From Gammaproteobacteria bacterium (GTDB lineage Bacteria > Pseudomonadota > Gammaproteobacteria > UBA1113), in contig JAJFKI010000097.1 in assembly GCA_021773295.1 (NCBI GenBank), positions 2,508-66,507 on the forward strand: 64,000 nt of DNA, given 5' to 3'. Shown here piece by piece: positions 50,716-60,359 of the stretch. The notes beneath the pieces were generated by a model that had not been told where the DNA came from, did no database searches, and worked only from the letters and a program-made list of their open reading frames with translations. Numbering within the stretch: the first letter of the stretch is position 1; every line of letters starts with the position of its first letter. The position numbers were made by a program, and so were the translations under genes.

Positions 50716-51975
50716 TTGATGGAATTGGGATACCTTTCTCTTGTTCTTGCCGGACTGTTCGGCTTTGTTATGGCCTGGGGCGTGGGTGCCAATGACTTAG
50801 CTAATGTCATGAGTACCACCATGGGCTCTAAAGCCATTACGATTCGTCAAGCCATTATTATTGCGATTATTTTTGAATTTGCCGGTGCTTTTATTGGCGG
50901 TATGCAAGTCTCTGATACTGTGCGTAACGGCATTATTAACACGGGTGCCTTGAGCCATCATCCTGAATTATTAGTGGATGGCATGTTGGCCGTGTTACTC
51001 GCTGGCACCAGTTGGATGTTGATCGCCAGTGTGTTTGGTTTACCCGTTTCTATTACCCATACCATCATTGGCGCCATGGTGGGGTTTGGTACGATTGTGC
51101 TGGGCGCCGATGCTATTCACTGGAAAACGGTGAGCTTTATTGCCATCAGTTGGATTACCTCGCCCCTTATTGCCGGCTTTTTTTCATTTTTATTATTTAC
51201 CTTATTACAGTACTTAATCTTTATGCGTCTTGGTCCCTTTCGGCATGCAAAACGTTACGCGCCGCTGTTACTCTTTCTTATTGGTATTGCCGTCTCCACG
51301 GTTAGTGTCATTCGCGGTTTAGGACACTTAGGTTTTGAGATTGGTTTTCTTGAGGCCGTGGCCACCACTATCGGTATTGGCTTATTAATCATGTTCATTG
51401 GCACCATCATGATTAACCGTATTACACCAAACCCTTATAGTAGCCGCCACAATCAATTTGCCGAAGTGGAAAAAATCTTTGGCGTACTGATGCTTTTCAC
51501 TGCTTGCGCTATGATCTTTGCTCATGGTTCTAATGACGTCGCCATTGCCGTTGGTCCGATTGCCGCGATTGCTACCATTGTCAAAAGTAGTGGCCAAGTC
51601 CTTGCCGGGTCGCACCCTCCCTACTGGATTACCTTTTTAGTGTGTACTGGTGTTGTCTTAGGGTTATTAATGTATGGTCGTAACGTTATTGCGACGGTGG
51701 GCAAAGGCATTACGTCGTTAACGCCCAGCCGCGCGTTTGCTGCAACGTTGGCCGGTGCTTTCACGGTGGTGATTGCCACGGGGATGGGTATCCCTGTTTC
51801 AACCACGCAAACCTTAGTGGGTGGAGTTTTAGGTGTTGGCTTAGCGCGCGGTATCGGTGCTTTGAATATGGTAGTAGTGCGTAATATTTTCATGTCATGG
51901 ATTATAACCATACCTGCTGCAGCCGTGTTTGCCATTATTTATTTTTATGCACTGCATTTTTTATTTCGTTTGTAG
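50716..51975 (+). CDS. Inorganic phosphate transporter, PiT (PHO4) family
   Basis: GANDLANVMSTTMGS and a second GSNDVAIAVGPIAAI PHO4 repeat. Confidence 0.9.
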   Translation: MMELGYLSLVLAGLFGFVMAWGVGANDLANVMSTTMGSKAITIRQAIIIAIIFEFAGAFIGGMQVSDTVRNGIINTGALSHHPELLVDGMLAVLLAGTSWMLIASVFGLPVSITHTIIGAMVGFGTIVLGADAIHWKTVSFIAISWITSPLIAGFFSFLLFTLLQYLIFMRLGPFRHAKRYAPLLLFLIGIAVSTVSVIRGLGHLGFEIGFLEAVATTIGIGLLIMFIGTIMINRITPNPYSSRHNQFAEVEKIFGVLMLFTACAMIFAHGSNDVAIAVGPIAAIATIVKSSGQVLAGSHPPYWITFLVCTGVVLGLLMYGRNVIATVGKGITSLTPSRAFAATLAGAFTVVIATGMGIPVSTTQTLVGGVLGVGLARGIGALNMVVVRNIFMSWIITIPAAAVFAIIYFYALHFLFRL

Positions 51976-51984
51976 GATACCGCC

Positions 51985-52389
51985 ATGTCTATAGAAAACA
52001 TGATTGAAGCTGCTTTTGACATTGCTGAGTGTGCCTATGCCCCTTATTCTAAATTCAAAGTAGGCGCTTGTATTAAAACGGCTAATGGAAAATTATATAC
52101 TGGATGTAATGTGGAAAATGCGTCTTACGGTTTGAGTACCTGTGCAGAAGCCTCAGCAGTTATAGAAATGCTATGCCACAAAGAACAAGCCATTGCCAAG
52201 ATCGTCATCGTGGGATTAGATTGCGACGATTATATTTCACCTTGCGGTGCTTGCCGCCAGCGCATTCGAGAATTTGCACCATTAGACACACCGATACATA
52301 TGGCAAAATCAACCACAGATTATATTACGCATACATTGGAAGCGTTGCTGCCATTATCCTTTGGGCCACAATTTTTGGAGAATAAATAA
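51985..52389 (+). CDS. cdd: Cytidine deaminase (homotetrameric small type)
   Basis: CAEASAV and PCGACRQ zinc-ligand motifs; 134 aa. Confidence 0.9.
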   Translation: MSIENMIEAAFDIAECAYAPYSKFKVGACIKTANGKLYTGCNVENASYGLSTCAEASAVIEMLCHKEQAIAKIVIVGLDCDDYISPCGACRQRIREFAPLDTPIHMAKSTTDYITHTLEALLPLSFGPQFLENK

Positions 52390-53213
52390 TGAATGAAGTT
52401 TCTTGTCCAAAACAAGCCACTGCAGTTATTCATGACAAAATCGGTGATTTCAAACCGAAGGTAGGGCTAATTTTAGGATCCGGTTTAGGAGGGTTGGCCG
52501 ATCATATCGAAGATGCCACGAGTATTCCTTTTGCGGATTTACCCGGCTTTCCCTTAAGCTCGGTCTCAGGCCACGTCGGTCATTTAGTCACTGGATATTT
52601 AAAAGGGATGCCCGTTGCCTGTCTAAGGGGTCGTGTGCATTCTTATGAAGGTGTAAAACCCGAAAAAATTAAAATATTAGTACGCACTTTAAAACTACTC
52701 GGCTGTGAATCACTGATTTTAACTAATGCCGCGGGGTCGTTAGATCCAAGTATTGGCCCTGGCAGCTTAATGATGATTACCGATCACATTAACTTTCAAC
52801 CAAGTAATCCATTAATAGGCCAGAACGATGATGAATATGGTCCACGATTTATTGGGATGGAGGATGCTTATGATGTTGATTTGCGAACACAGATATTGGC
52901 CACGGCAAAGTCTTTAAATATTCCTTTAGAACGCGGTGTATACATGGCTGTGCTCGGCCCTAGCTTTGAAACTCCCGCGGAAATTAAAGCCTTTAGTCTT
53001 CTAGGCGCAAATGCCGTGGGTATGTCTACCGTACCTGAAGTGATTGTGGCACGCCACTGTGGTTTAAAAGTTGCTGTCATCTCAGCAATTACCAATTTAG
53101 CGGCAGGTTTGAGTGAAGAAAAAATCACGCACGAAGGCACGCTTTATCATGCGCAACAAGCATCACATAGTATGACACGATTAATTACAACCTTGATGGA
53201 ACGCTTATCTTAA
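52389..53213 (+). CDS. Purine nucleoside phosphorylase (PNP-I/PunA-XapA/MTAP family)
   Basis: GLILGSGLGGLAD, HSYEG and LTNAAGSL motifs. Confidence 0.85.
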   Translation: MNEVSCPKQATAVIHDKIGDFKPKVGLILGSGLGGLADHIEDATSIPFADLPGFPLSSVSGHVGHLVTGYLKGMPVACLRGRVHSYEGVKPEKIKILVRTLKLLGCESLILTNAAGSLDPSIGPGSLMMITDHINFQPSNPLIGQNDDEYGPRFIGMEDAYDVDLRTQILATAKSLNIPLERGVYMAVLGPSFETPAEIKAFSLLGANAVGMSTVPEVIVARHCGLKVAVISAITNLAAGLSEEKITHEGTLYHAQQASHSMTRLITTLMERLS

Positions 53214-53933
53214 ATGTCTGACTCATTCGACAAAGAAACTCTGGTTAGTTTGATTGATTTAACCAGCTTGAATGAAAGCGATACTCAAGAAAGCATCTTA
53301 GCACTTTGTGATAAGGCCACAACTCCGTTGGGCACTGTTGCCAGTGTTTGTATTTACCCACAGTTTGTGGCATTTGCTAAACAACAGTTAGTAAATACAA
53401 CCATTAAAATCGCTACCGTTGCAAATTTTCCTACAGGCTCTGCAGAAATAAATACTGTTGTCACTGATATTGATAAGGCGATTGCAAACGGTGCCGATGA
53501 AATTGATATTGTGATGCCTTATCATCATTATTTTACGGGAAGCCAACATGCGGTATTAATGTTTTTAAAGCAATGTCGGGACGTATGTGTCGATAAAACC
53601 ATGAAAGTGATCTTAGAAACTGGGGAACTAAAACAAGTACCACTCATTAAAGCTGCCAGTGAAGATGCCATCAACGCCGGAGCTGATTTCATCAAAACCT
53701 CAACAGGAAAAACACCCACAGGTGCTACGCCAAAAGCAGCTAATGCCATGTTAACTACCATAAAACAAATAAATCCCGCTGTAGGATTTAAAGCTTCAGG
53801 TGGTATTCGTTCTTATGAACAAGCGAAGCAATATTTAACACTGACTGCAAACATCATGGGCACTGATTGGATTAATGCGCAACATGTGCGTTTTGGTGCG
53901 AGTCAACTGTTAGATGATTTAATCTTGCAGTAA
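53214..53933 (+). CDS. deoC: Deoxyribose-phosphate aldolase
   Basis: LIDLTSLNESDT...CIYP and the FIKTSTGK Schiff-base Lys region. Confidence 0.9.
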   Translation: MSDSFDKETLVSLIDLTSLNESDTQESILALCDKATTPLGTVASVCIYPQFVAFAKQQLVNTTIKIATVANFPTGSAEINTVVTDIDKAIANGADEIDIVMPYHHYFTGSQHAVLMFLKQCRDVCVDKTMKVILETGELKQVPLIKAASEDAINAGADFIKTSTGKTPTGATPKAANAMLTTIKQINPAVGFKASGGIRSYEQAKQYLTLTANIMGTDWINAQHVRFGASQLLDDLILQ

Positions 53934-54794
53934 ATTTTCTAAGGCAAATTCAATTAAATTTTCCACGGTTTTTTTCGCATCATTCGTGAATTGTTTCTTT
54001 ATGCGATTAGCAACAATAACGTTTAGAGAACAAACTTTGTGTCCCAGTAAATTACCCACCCCATAAATACCAGCGGTTTCCATTTCAAAATTTGTCACGC
54101 GTAAATCACCATGGCGAAATTGTCCCAAGCGATCGATGAACGTTTCATATTTAGGTATTGCGCGTAATACTCGCCCCTGAGGACCATAAAATCCAGGACA
54201 AGTCACTGTGATCCCTGGATGACAACCTGAAGCAAATTTATTAATCAATTCAGGCGTACCGCCGGCAACGTAGGGTTTTACTGCAATGTCTGAAAAATAA
54301 TCCAACGCTGCCTTGGTGAGCTCTTCTTCTGCTTCACTGAGCTTGCGTTGGTAAAAGTGCATTAAGCTATCAAAGCCAAAGCCGAAGCTAGAAGCAACGA
54401 AGCTATCCACGGGGATATCTTCTTGCAAGGATCCGGACGTTCCGACTCTGACAATGGTGAGTGAAGTTTTGTCGTCTTTGATTGTGCGGGTATTAAAATC
54501 AATATTGACCAAGGCATCGAGCTCATTAAACACGATGTCTATATTATCCGTGCCCATGCCCGTAGAGACCACACTCAAACGCTTCCCTTGCAGATAGCCG
54601 GTATGCGTAGTGATTTCACGATTATCAACTTTGAGTTCAATTGAATCAAAATGGCGCGACACAGCATTCACTCTGTTGGGATCACCCACGGTGATGATGG
54701 TGGTGGCAATATCTTCTGGCCTTAAGTTTAAGTGATAGATTCTGCCGTCTTCACTGAGGATTAATTCTGATTCTCCTAGTCGATTTTTATCCAT
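53919..54794 (-). CDS. PNP/UDP family-1 nucleoside phosphorylase (uridine-phosphorylase-like)
   Basis: VGDPNRV...STGMG...FEMETAG pattern of the PNP_UDP_1 fold. Substrate not assignable. Confidence 0.65.
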   Translation of the reverse strand: MDKNRLGESELILSEDGRIYHLNLRPEDIATTIITVGDPNRVNAVSRHFDSIELKVDNREITTHTGYLQGKRLSVVSTGMGTDNIDIVFNELDALVNIDFNTRTIKDDKTSLTIVRVGTSGSLQEDIPVDSFVASSFGFGFDSLMHFYQRKLSEAEEELTKAALDYFSDIAVKPYVAGGTPELINKFASGCHPGITVTCPGFYGPQGRVLRAIPKYETFIDRLGQFRHGDLRVTNFEMETAGIYGVGNLLGHKVCSLNVIVANRIKKQFTNDAKKTVENLIEFALENLLQD

Positions 54795-54905
54795 AGTGCT
54801 TCCGTACGGTGTGCTAAAAATAATTAAACAATAGGTCTGGGAAGATACGCTAAGATCCGCTAGAATGCAAAAAAATTACTGCCACTGGGTACATGGAGTG
54901 AAAGC

Positions 54906-55541
54906 ATGAAAAAGTTATTATTAGTATTAGTCTCTCTTACGATTAGCATGTCGGCATTCGCAGCGACGCGTTATATTCACAGTGCCAAGGCGGTAAACTT
55001 GCGCGCTGGGCCCAGTGAGTATGCCGATAGTTCTGGCACATTAGTACCCAATACTCAAGTCAATGTCATCGGTACTGATAGAAGCACCGGTTATGCATTG
55101 ATTGTTACTCAGGATAAATTACGTGGCTGGATCGCCGAAAGTGAGTTAACCACGGCGACACCTAAAACGCCCGTCTTGGTACAACCCAATGCAGATAACT
55201 ATAAAACAACTAAAACGCAAATCGCTGCTGCCATTGTAGCCACCAGCCCTGCTAAAGTAGCCGCTGTTATGCCAGAAGGTAAGTTAAAACCGGCCAATAA
55301 CAACCCTAATAAAAGTTATTATGATGATGTCAAAGAAAAGTTGCATGCCGTCGCCAGCGCCAATGCAGCTGCACCGAATACGCTTGTTAAACTATCACCA
55401 CAAGAAATGAATAATTACACCGCCATGCAACGGGAAAATCGCGCTTGGTTTATTACGGGTGCAGGTATTCTCATTCTCGGTATGTTGCTTGGTTTGTTTA
55501 TCTCTCGAATTTCCTGGAAACGTCGCTCTACCTGGAGTTAG
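54906..55541 (+). CDS. Bacterial SH3-domain protein with signal peptide and a C-terminal TM anchor (YgiM-like)
   Basis: Signal peptide, SH3b-like region (VNLRAGPS...GTLVPNTQVNVIG...GWIAESEL), C-terminal TM. Confidence 0.55.
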   Translation: MKKLLLVLVSLTISMSAFAATRYIHSAKAVNLRAGPSEYADSSGTLVPNTQVNVIGTDRSTGYALIVTQDKLRGWIAESELTTATPKTPVLVQPNADNYKTTKTQIAAAIVATSPAKVAAVMPEGKLKPANNNPNKSYYDDVKEKLHAVASANAAAPNTLVKLSPQEMNNYTAMQRENRAWFITGAGILILGMLLGLFISRISWKRRSTWS

Positions 55542-55549
55542 GAAGTAAC

Positions 55550-56179
55550 GTGGCTAAATTACATTTTTATTATTCTGCAATGAATGCGGGTAAGAGTACC
55601 AACCTATTGCAATCGAGTTATAATTATCGAGAGCGTGGAATGGATACGTTATTATATTCACCCAGTATTGATAATCGCTATGCCATCGGTACCGTGACTT
55701 CACGTATTGGCCTCAGCGCAGACGCAACACCCATTGATGATACCTATGATCTGTTTACCCAAGTGCAACAAGCCGTCAAAGTTAACCCTAATATTAAATG
55801 TGTCTTGGTGGATGAAGCGCAATTCTTAACGAAGGAACAAGTCTTTCAACTCACTGAAATTGCCGACAAGCTTAATATCCCCGTGCTGGCTTATGGCTTG
55901 CGCTCAGATTTTCGTGGTGAACCCTTTCCAGGCAGCTTAGCCTTAATGGCGTGGGCGGAAGATATTAATGAAATAAAAACAATTTGCCACTGTGGTCGTA
56001 AAGCTACAATGAATATGCGTATCGATGAACAGGGCAACCCAGTCAGTGATGGTGAACAAATTGAAATTGGTGGCAATGATCGTTATATCTCAACGTGTCG
56101 GCGTCATTTTAAACTAGGCGAGTCCGGCATGAAAAAACATGCTGAGGAAGATAACAATAAGGTTGGGGCCCTGCAATGA
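55550..56179 (+). CDS. tdk: Thymidine kinase. GTG start with an AGGAAG SD; the track ORF is extended in-frame through the upstream gene
   Basis: AKLHFYYSAMNAGKST P-loop (E. coli MAQLYFYYSAMNAGKST) and a C-terminal CHCGRKA...C..H zinc motif. Confidence 0.9.
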   Translation: MAKLHFYYSAMNAGKSTNLLQSSYNYRERGMDTLLYSPSIDNRYAIGTVTSRIGLSADATPIDDTYDLFTQVQQAVKVNPNIKCVLVDEAQFLTKEQVFQLTEIADKLNIPVLAYGLRSDFRGEPFPGSLALMAWAEDINEIKTICHCGRKATMNMRIDEQGNPVSDGEQIEIGGNDRYISTCRRHFKLGESGMKKHAEEDNNKVGALQ

Positions 56180-56215
56180 TGATCAAAGAAACTCACTGTA
56201 AACACTTAAATAAAG

Positions 56216-57517
56216 ATGGATAAAATGACCAATGAATCAACAGTAATAGATAATGCCAACAGTAAACCCTGGTTGCCGTGGCTTGTGTGTTTGTCAGCCG
56301 CTTGCTTTTTCTTTTATGAATTTTTGCAATTGAATATGTTGAATGCGCTTAATGAAGATTTGATGCAAGCCTTTAACATTGATGCGACTCAAATGAGTTT
56401 TTTATCTGCGAGTTATTTCTTTGCGAACATGATATTTATCATTCCAGCTGGCTTATTGTTAGATCGCTTTTCGACTCGCACCATTATTTTAGCTTCAATG
56501 AGCGTGTGTATGATTGGCGCTATCGGGTTTGCCATGAGTGCTAATTATGAAATTGCATTATTCAGTCGCATTTTAATTGGCATCGGTGCGGCATTTTGTT
56601 TTCTAAGCAGCATTCGTTTAGCCTCGCATTGGTTTGAAGCAAACCATATGGCTTTGATCAGCGGATTGATCGTTACCTTAGGGATGCTTGGTGGCTGGGT
56701 GGCACAAAATCCATTAACCTTACTCATCGAACATATTGGTTGGCGCCATGCTTTATGGGTTAATGCCATACTGGGCGTTTTAATTTTTTTATTGATTTAC
56801 TTAGTGGTATACGATTATCCCAGTGATAAAGCCGAACATATAAAAGCCCATCGGCAGCAAATATCCGGCAGCGGTTTTTTAACAAGTATAAAACACTCTT
56901 ATTTGAATCCACAAAATTGGCTCAGCGGTCTTTATACCAGTTTGATGAATCTACCCATCTTTTTATTAGGCGCCTTATGGGGGATCCCTTACCTAGAAGA
57001 AATTCATCATTTAAGCCGTGATCAATCCTCAGTAATAACCGGCATGATTTTTTTCGGCACGGTGATTGGCTCGCCGGCTGCTGGATTTATTTCTGATAAA
57101 ATGGGATTGCGCAAGCGTCCTATGATCATTGCGGCCATTATTTCTTTAGCAATGATTTTATGGATGATGTATCAGCCAGGATTAAGTGCGAGTACCTTAG
57201 CTATTCTATTTTTTGCATTGGGTTTTATCACCAGTGCACAAATCATCAGTTATCCACTGGTCACCGAAAGCAATCCTATTTCTCTCACGGCGATTTCTAT
57301 CAGTGTTATTGCTATCTGTGCGATTGGTGGTGGCGCTGTGTTTCAACCTTTGTTCGGTTGGCTGATGGACTTCCATTTAAAACACCAGGTGGTTAACCAT
57401 GTCATGATTTATTCTGCTAATGATTTTCACCGCGCTATGCTGATCTTCCCTGCTGCGTTTGTGATAGCACTCATTTGCGCTATGTTAATAAAAGAAACCC
57501 ATTGTAAGCGCTTATAA
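56216..57517 (+). CDS. MFS transporter (12 TM); candidate nucleoside or metabolite importer given its context
   Basis: MFS topology plus a LLDRFSTR-type motif between TM2 and TM3. Confidence 0.8.
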   Translation: MDKMTNESTVIDNANSKPWLPWLVCLSAACFFFYEFLQLNMLNALNEDLMQAFNIDATQMSFLSASYFFANMIFIIPAGLLLDRFSTRTIILASMSVCMIGAIGFAMSANYEIALFSRILIGIGAAFCFLSSIRLASHWFEANHMALISGLIVTLGMLGGWVAQNPLTLLIEHIGWRHALWVNAILGVLIFLLIYLVVYDYPSDKAEHIKAHRQQISGSGFLTSIKHSYLNPQNWLSGLYTSLMNLPIFLLGALWGIPYLEEIHHLSRDQSSVITGMIFFGTVIGSPAAGFISDKMGLRKRPMIIAAIISLAMILWMMYQPGLSASTLAILFFALGFITSAQIISYPLVTESNPISLTAISISVIAICAIGGGAVFQPLFGWLMDFHLKHQVVNHVMIYSANDFHRAMLIFPAAFVIALICAMLIKETHCKRL

Positions 57518-59332
57518 AAAATAACAGGATGAGCAACGACTAGGTGGATCAGGACGAAATTCGTTTTCGATGATGTAATTAAGATCATCAGCTTGTATGC
57601 TGCCGTAAACGCTTTTTCCAGCACTTGCAGCAACGATTGGGACTTGTTCTTCATCATCATGATGCCAAAAACCATGTCTGCCACCGTCAGCAGGGACTAC
57701 GACTACGTCCGCAATGGGTGCTGCTAATGCGGGGCGCCGACGACAACAGCAAATGGCATTCATCCAAGTTTTGACGTTAAACCACAATGAACTATCTTCG
57801 TGGGCCTGTAAACTTTGGACACTTTGGATATCACGACTGTTAGTATACCAATAGCTTCCCATGACACAGGCACCAATGGTAAAAGCTAAAGTTCTACCAA
57901 GCAGTGCGCCTAAGCCACCTAAGGGCGATTCAAAACCCAGCAACCCGGATATAAGGAGTCCTAAACATAAGACATTTACAAAACCTGAAAGCATAGCAAA
58001 TAGGGTATCGTTATAACCTCGCATATTACCGGCAGCAATATTACGTACCGAATCGGGAATTAAACCGACACCGTAGATATAAAGCATTTGTGCGGCCAAA
58101 TCGTCGAAATCAACACTATCAATATGGTGCTTCCCTAAAAAGATTTCTAGCAAAGGTGTGGTGGCTGCAAAAAAAATAATGAGACAAGATATCGGCATGA
58201 TTTGCCCCATAATTTGTGTTGCAAAACCATAGGTTCTTGCTGCCGCAAAATCGCCTCGTCCAATCACTTTCCGCGTTAACACACCACCAACGTGGGCTAA
58301 GCTAAACGTTACCGAGGTCAAAATACTCGAAAGATCCCAAATGGGAGCACTAGCTGATAATGCTGTTGCACTGATTTTTCCTAGAATTTGTGAAAGCAAG
58401 GTGAGATAAATCGTTTCAATCCCTGCTTGTAAGCCAATATTAATCCCTTTCTTAAGAAGATCTTTAAACATTTTTAATGAAAAATAACATCGCGTTATGC
58501 CATAAGTCTTACGGTAATAAGGTCTGAAAAAAATATAGAGTGTCGTTGGGATAACACTTCCCCATGCAGCCAGTGTTGCCGCTAAGCCAGCACCACTTGC
58601 CCCCAAGTCAGGAAAGCCCCAGGCACCGTTTACAAAACCATAACTACAAGGCAGCATAATGAGTGAAAACAATGACACCTGCGCCAAGATAGCTTTGTAA
58701 TCACTCGTAGCCAATAAGACTTGTAAATTATTCATAAAAAAAGTATTAGCTGGCACGGCCGTCATGTAAATCACATTATAATCATTAACCAAGTTTAAAA
58801 AGTCCGGTGACTGATCTGTTAAACTTAAAATATTACTCATAAAATAAGTTGCCAGTACAGCAGGAACACTCACGATCGCTGAAATCAACATACCTTGCCG
58901 GTAAATTTCCCCAACATCTTCGAGGCGTCCTTCTGCTATCGCACCTTTAGCAAATACACCAACGGCAAAAATAACGCCGGTACTCGAGTAGAGTACGGAG
59001 ATTTGTGTGGTAGTGATTAGACTGCTTGCACCTAAATAGTAAAACCCTTTTTCACCCAAGAAAGTAAGATTCGCCATGGTGCCACCTAAATAAATTAAGC
59101 GACAACCAATAAATTTAAAAGAATGGTTGAAAATGTCTTTGATAGCATCTTTCAGGGAGATTGCTTCGGGATGCAGGACGATGAGCGCCTCTTCGTCTGA
59201 AGCTTCATCTAGCACCTCATCTTCTGCAATTTCAATCATTATTATTATCCACGATAATCCAGTGTCTGAGGATTGTACACTATAGCCATCGTACCTCAAA
59301 ATGCGCTTTACTAATTCCACAAACTTTGTCAA
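57512..59332 (-). CDS. MATE-family efflux transporter with an acidic ~60-aa N-terminal and ~60-aa C-terminal extension
   Basis: 12-TM MATE-like core. The extensions are unusual. Confidence 0.7.
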   Translation of the reverse strand: MTKFVELVKRILRYDGYSVQSSDTGLSWIIIMIEIAEDEVLDEASDEEALIVLHPEAISLKDAIKDIFNHSFKFIGCRLIYLGGTMANLTFLGEKGFYYLGASSLITTTQISVLYSSTGVIFAVGVFAKGAIAEGRLEDVGEIYRQGMLISAIVSVPAVLATYFMSNILSLTDQSPDFLNLVNDYNVIYMTAVPANTFFMNNLQVLLATSDYKAILAQVSLFSLIMLPCSYGFVNGAWGFPDLGASGAGLAATLAAWGSVIPTTLYIFFRPYYRKTYGITRCYFSLKMFKDLLKKGINIGLQAGIETIYLTLLSQILGKISATALSASAPIWDLSSILTSVTFSLAHVGGVLTRKVIGRGDFAAARTYGFATQIMGQIMPISCLIIFFAATTPLLEIFLGKHHIDSVDFDDLAAQMLYIYGVGLIPDSVRNIAAGNMRGYNDTLFAMLSGFVNVLCLGLLISGLLGFESPLGGLGALLGRTLAFTIGACVMGSYWYTNSRDIQSVQSLQAHEDSSLWFNVKTWMNAICCCRRRPALAAPIADVVVVPADGGRHGFWHHDDEEQVPIVAASAGKSVYGSIQADDLNYIIENEFRPDPPSRCSSCYFL

Positions 59333-59371
59333 AATACTGCGCTTACAACGTCAAAAGGAGTCATAAAAAAA

Positions 59372-60352
59372 ATGGTCGCAAAAGCAGAGTTACATGTTCA
59401 TTTAGAGGGCACGCTTACGCCTTCTCTCATGCGAGAAATTGCTAAACGCAATAATATTCAATTCTCTGAAGATATTATTGGTCCTAACGACACCTTTTTA
59501 TGGAATGATTTTTTACATTTTTTGGAAGTGTATGATCAAGCCAGCATGGTGTTGCGCAATGCACAAGATTACCGTGACATGACCTATGGTTATTTGGCAC
59601 GCAGTGCAAAAGAAAAAGTTATTTATACAGAAATGATGATATCCCCTGATCATGCCGCTATGTGTGGTGTGGGCTATGAAGAACACTTAGAAGGTGCTAT
59701 TGCTGGCATCAATGATGCGCGTAAAGAGTTTGGCATTGAAGGACGCCTTATCATCACTGGTGTGCGCCATTTTGGACCTGAAAAAGTCACCGCAGTGGCA
59801 AAAAAAGCAAGCGTGAACCCGCATCCTTATATCATTGGCTTTGGGCTGGGTGGTGATGAAGCAGGTTTTCCTGCGAGTCAATTTAAAGAAGCTTATGAGA
59901 TTGCTCACAATGCTGGTTTGGCTTGTACCACTCATGCGGGTGAGTTCGCTGGGCCCGAGAGTGTGTGGGATGCCATTAATCATTTACCGGTGGTGCGTAT
60001 TGGTCATGGTGTGCGTTCCATTGAAGATCCAACATTAGTGGAAGAACTCGTGCATCGTGGTATTACTTTAGAGGTATGTCCGGGTAGTAATATTGCTTTA
60101 GGCGTCTATCCTGATTTTGCCAGTCATCCTTTTTTAAAATTACGAGAAGCAGGTTGTAAAGTTACACTGAGCTCTGATGATCCTCCTTATTTTGCTACTA
60201 CGATGGCAAGAGAATACCAAATTGCTAAAGAACACTTTGGTTTATCGGATGTTGAATTGATTGAAATTACAAAAGCTTCAATCACTAACAGCTTCGCAGA
60301 TGAAGTAACTAAGTCAATGTTGTTAAACAAAGTACGATTGCATTTAGCCTAA
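59372..60352 (+). CDS. add: Adenosine/adenine deaminase family metallohydrolase
   Basis: HVHLEG at the N-terminus; TTHAGE...IGHG...SSDDP metal and catalytic motifs. Confidence 0.85.
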   Translation: MVAKAELHVHLEGTLTPSLMREIAKRNNIQFSEDIIGPNDTFLWNDFLHFLEVYDQASMVLRNAQDYRDMTYGYLARSAKEKVIYTEMMISPDHAAMCGVGYEEHLEGAIAGINDARKEFGIEGRLIITGVRHFGPEKVTAVAKKASVNPHPYIIGFGLGGDEAGFPASQFKEAYEIAHNAGLACTTHAGEFAGPESVWDAINHLPVVRIGHGVRSIEDPTLVEELVHRGITLEVCPGSNIALGVYPDFASHPFLKLREAGCKVTLSSDDPPYFATTMAREYQIAKEHFGLSDVELIEITKASITNSFADEVTKSMLLNKVRLHLA

Positions 60353-60359
60353 CCCTTGC

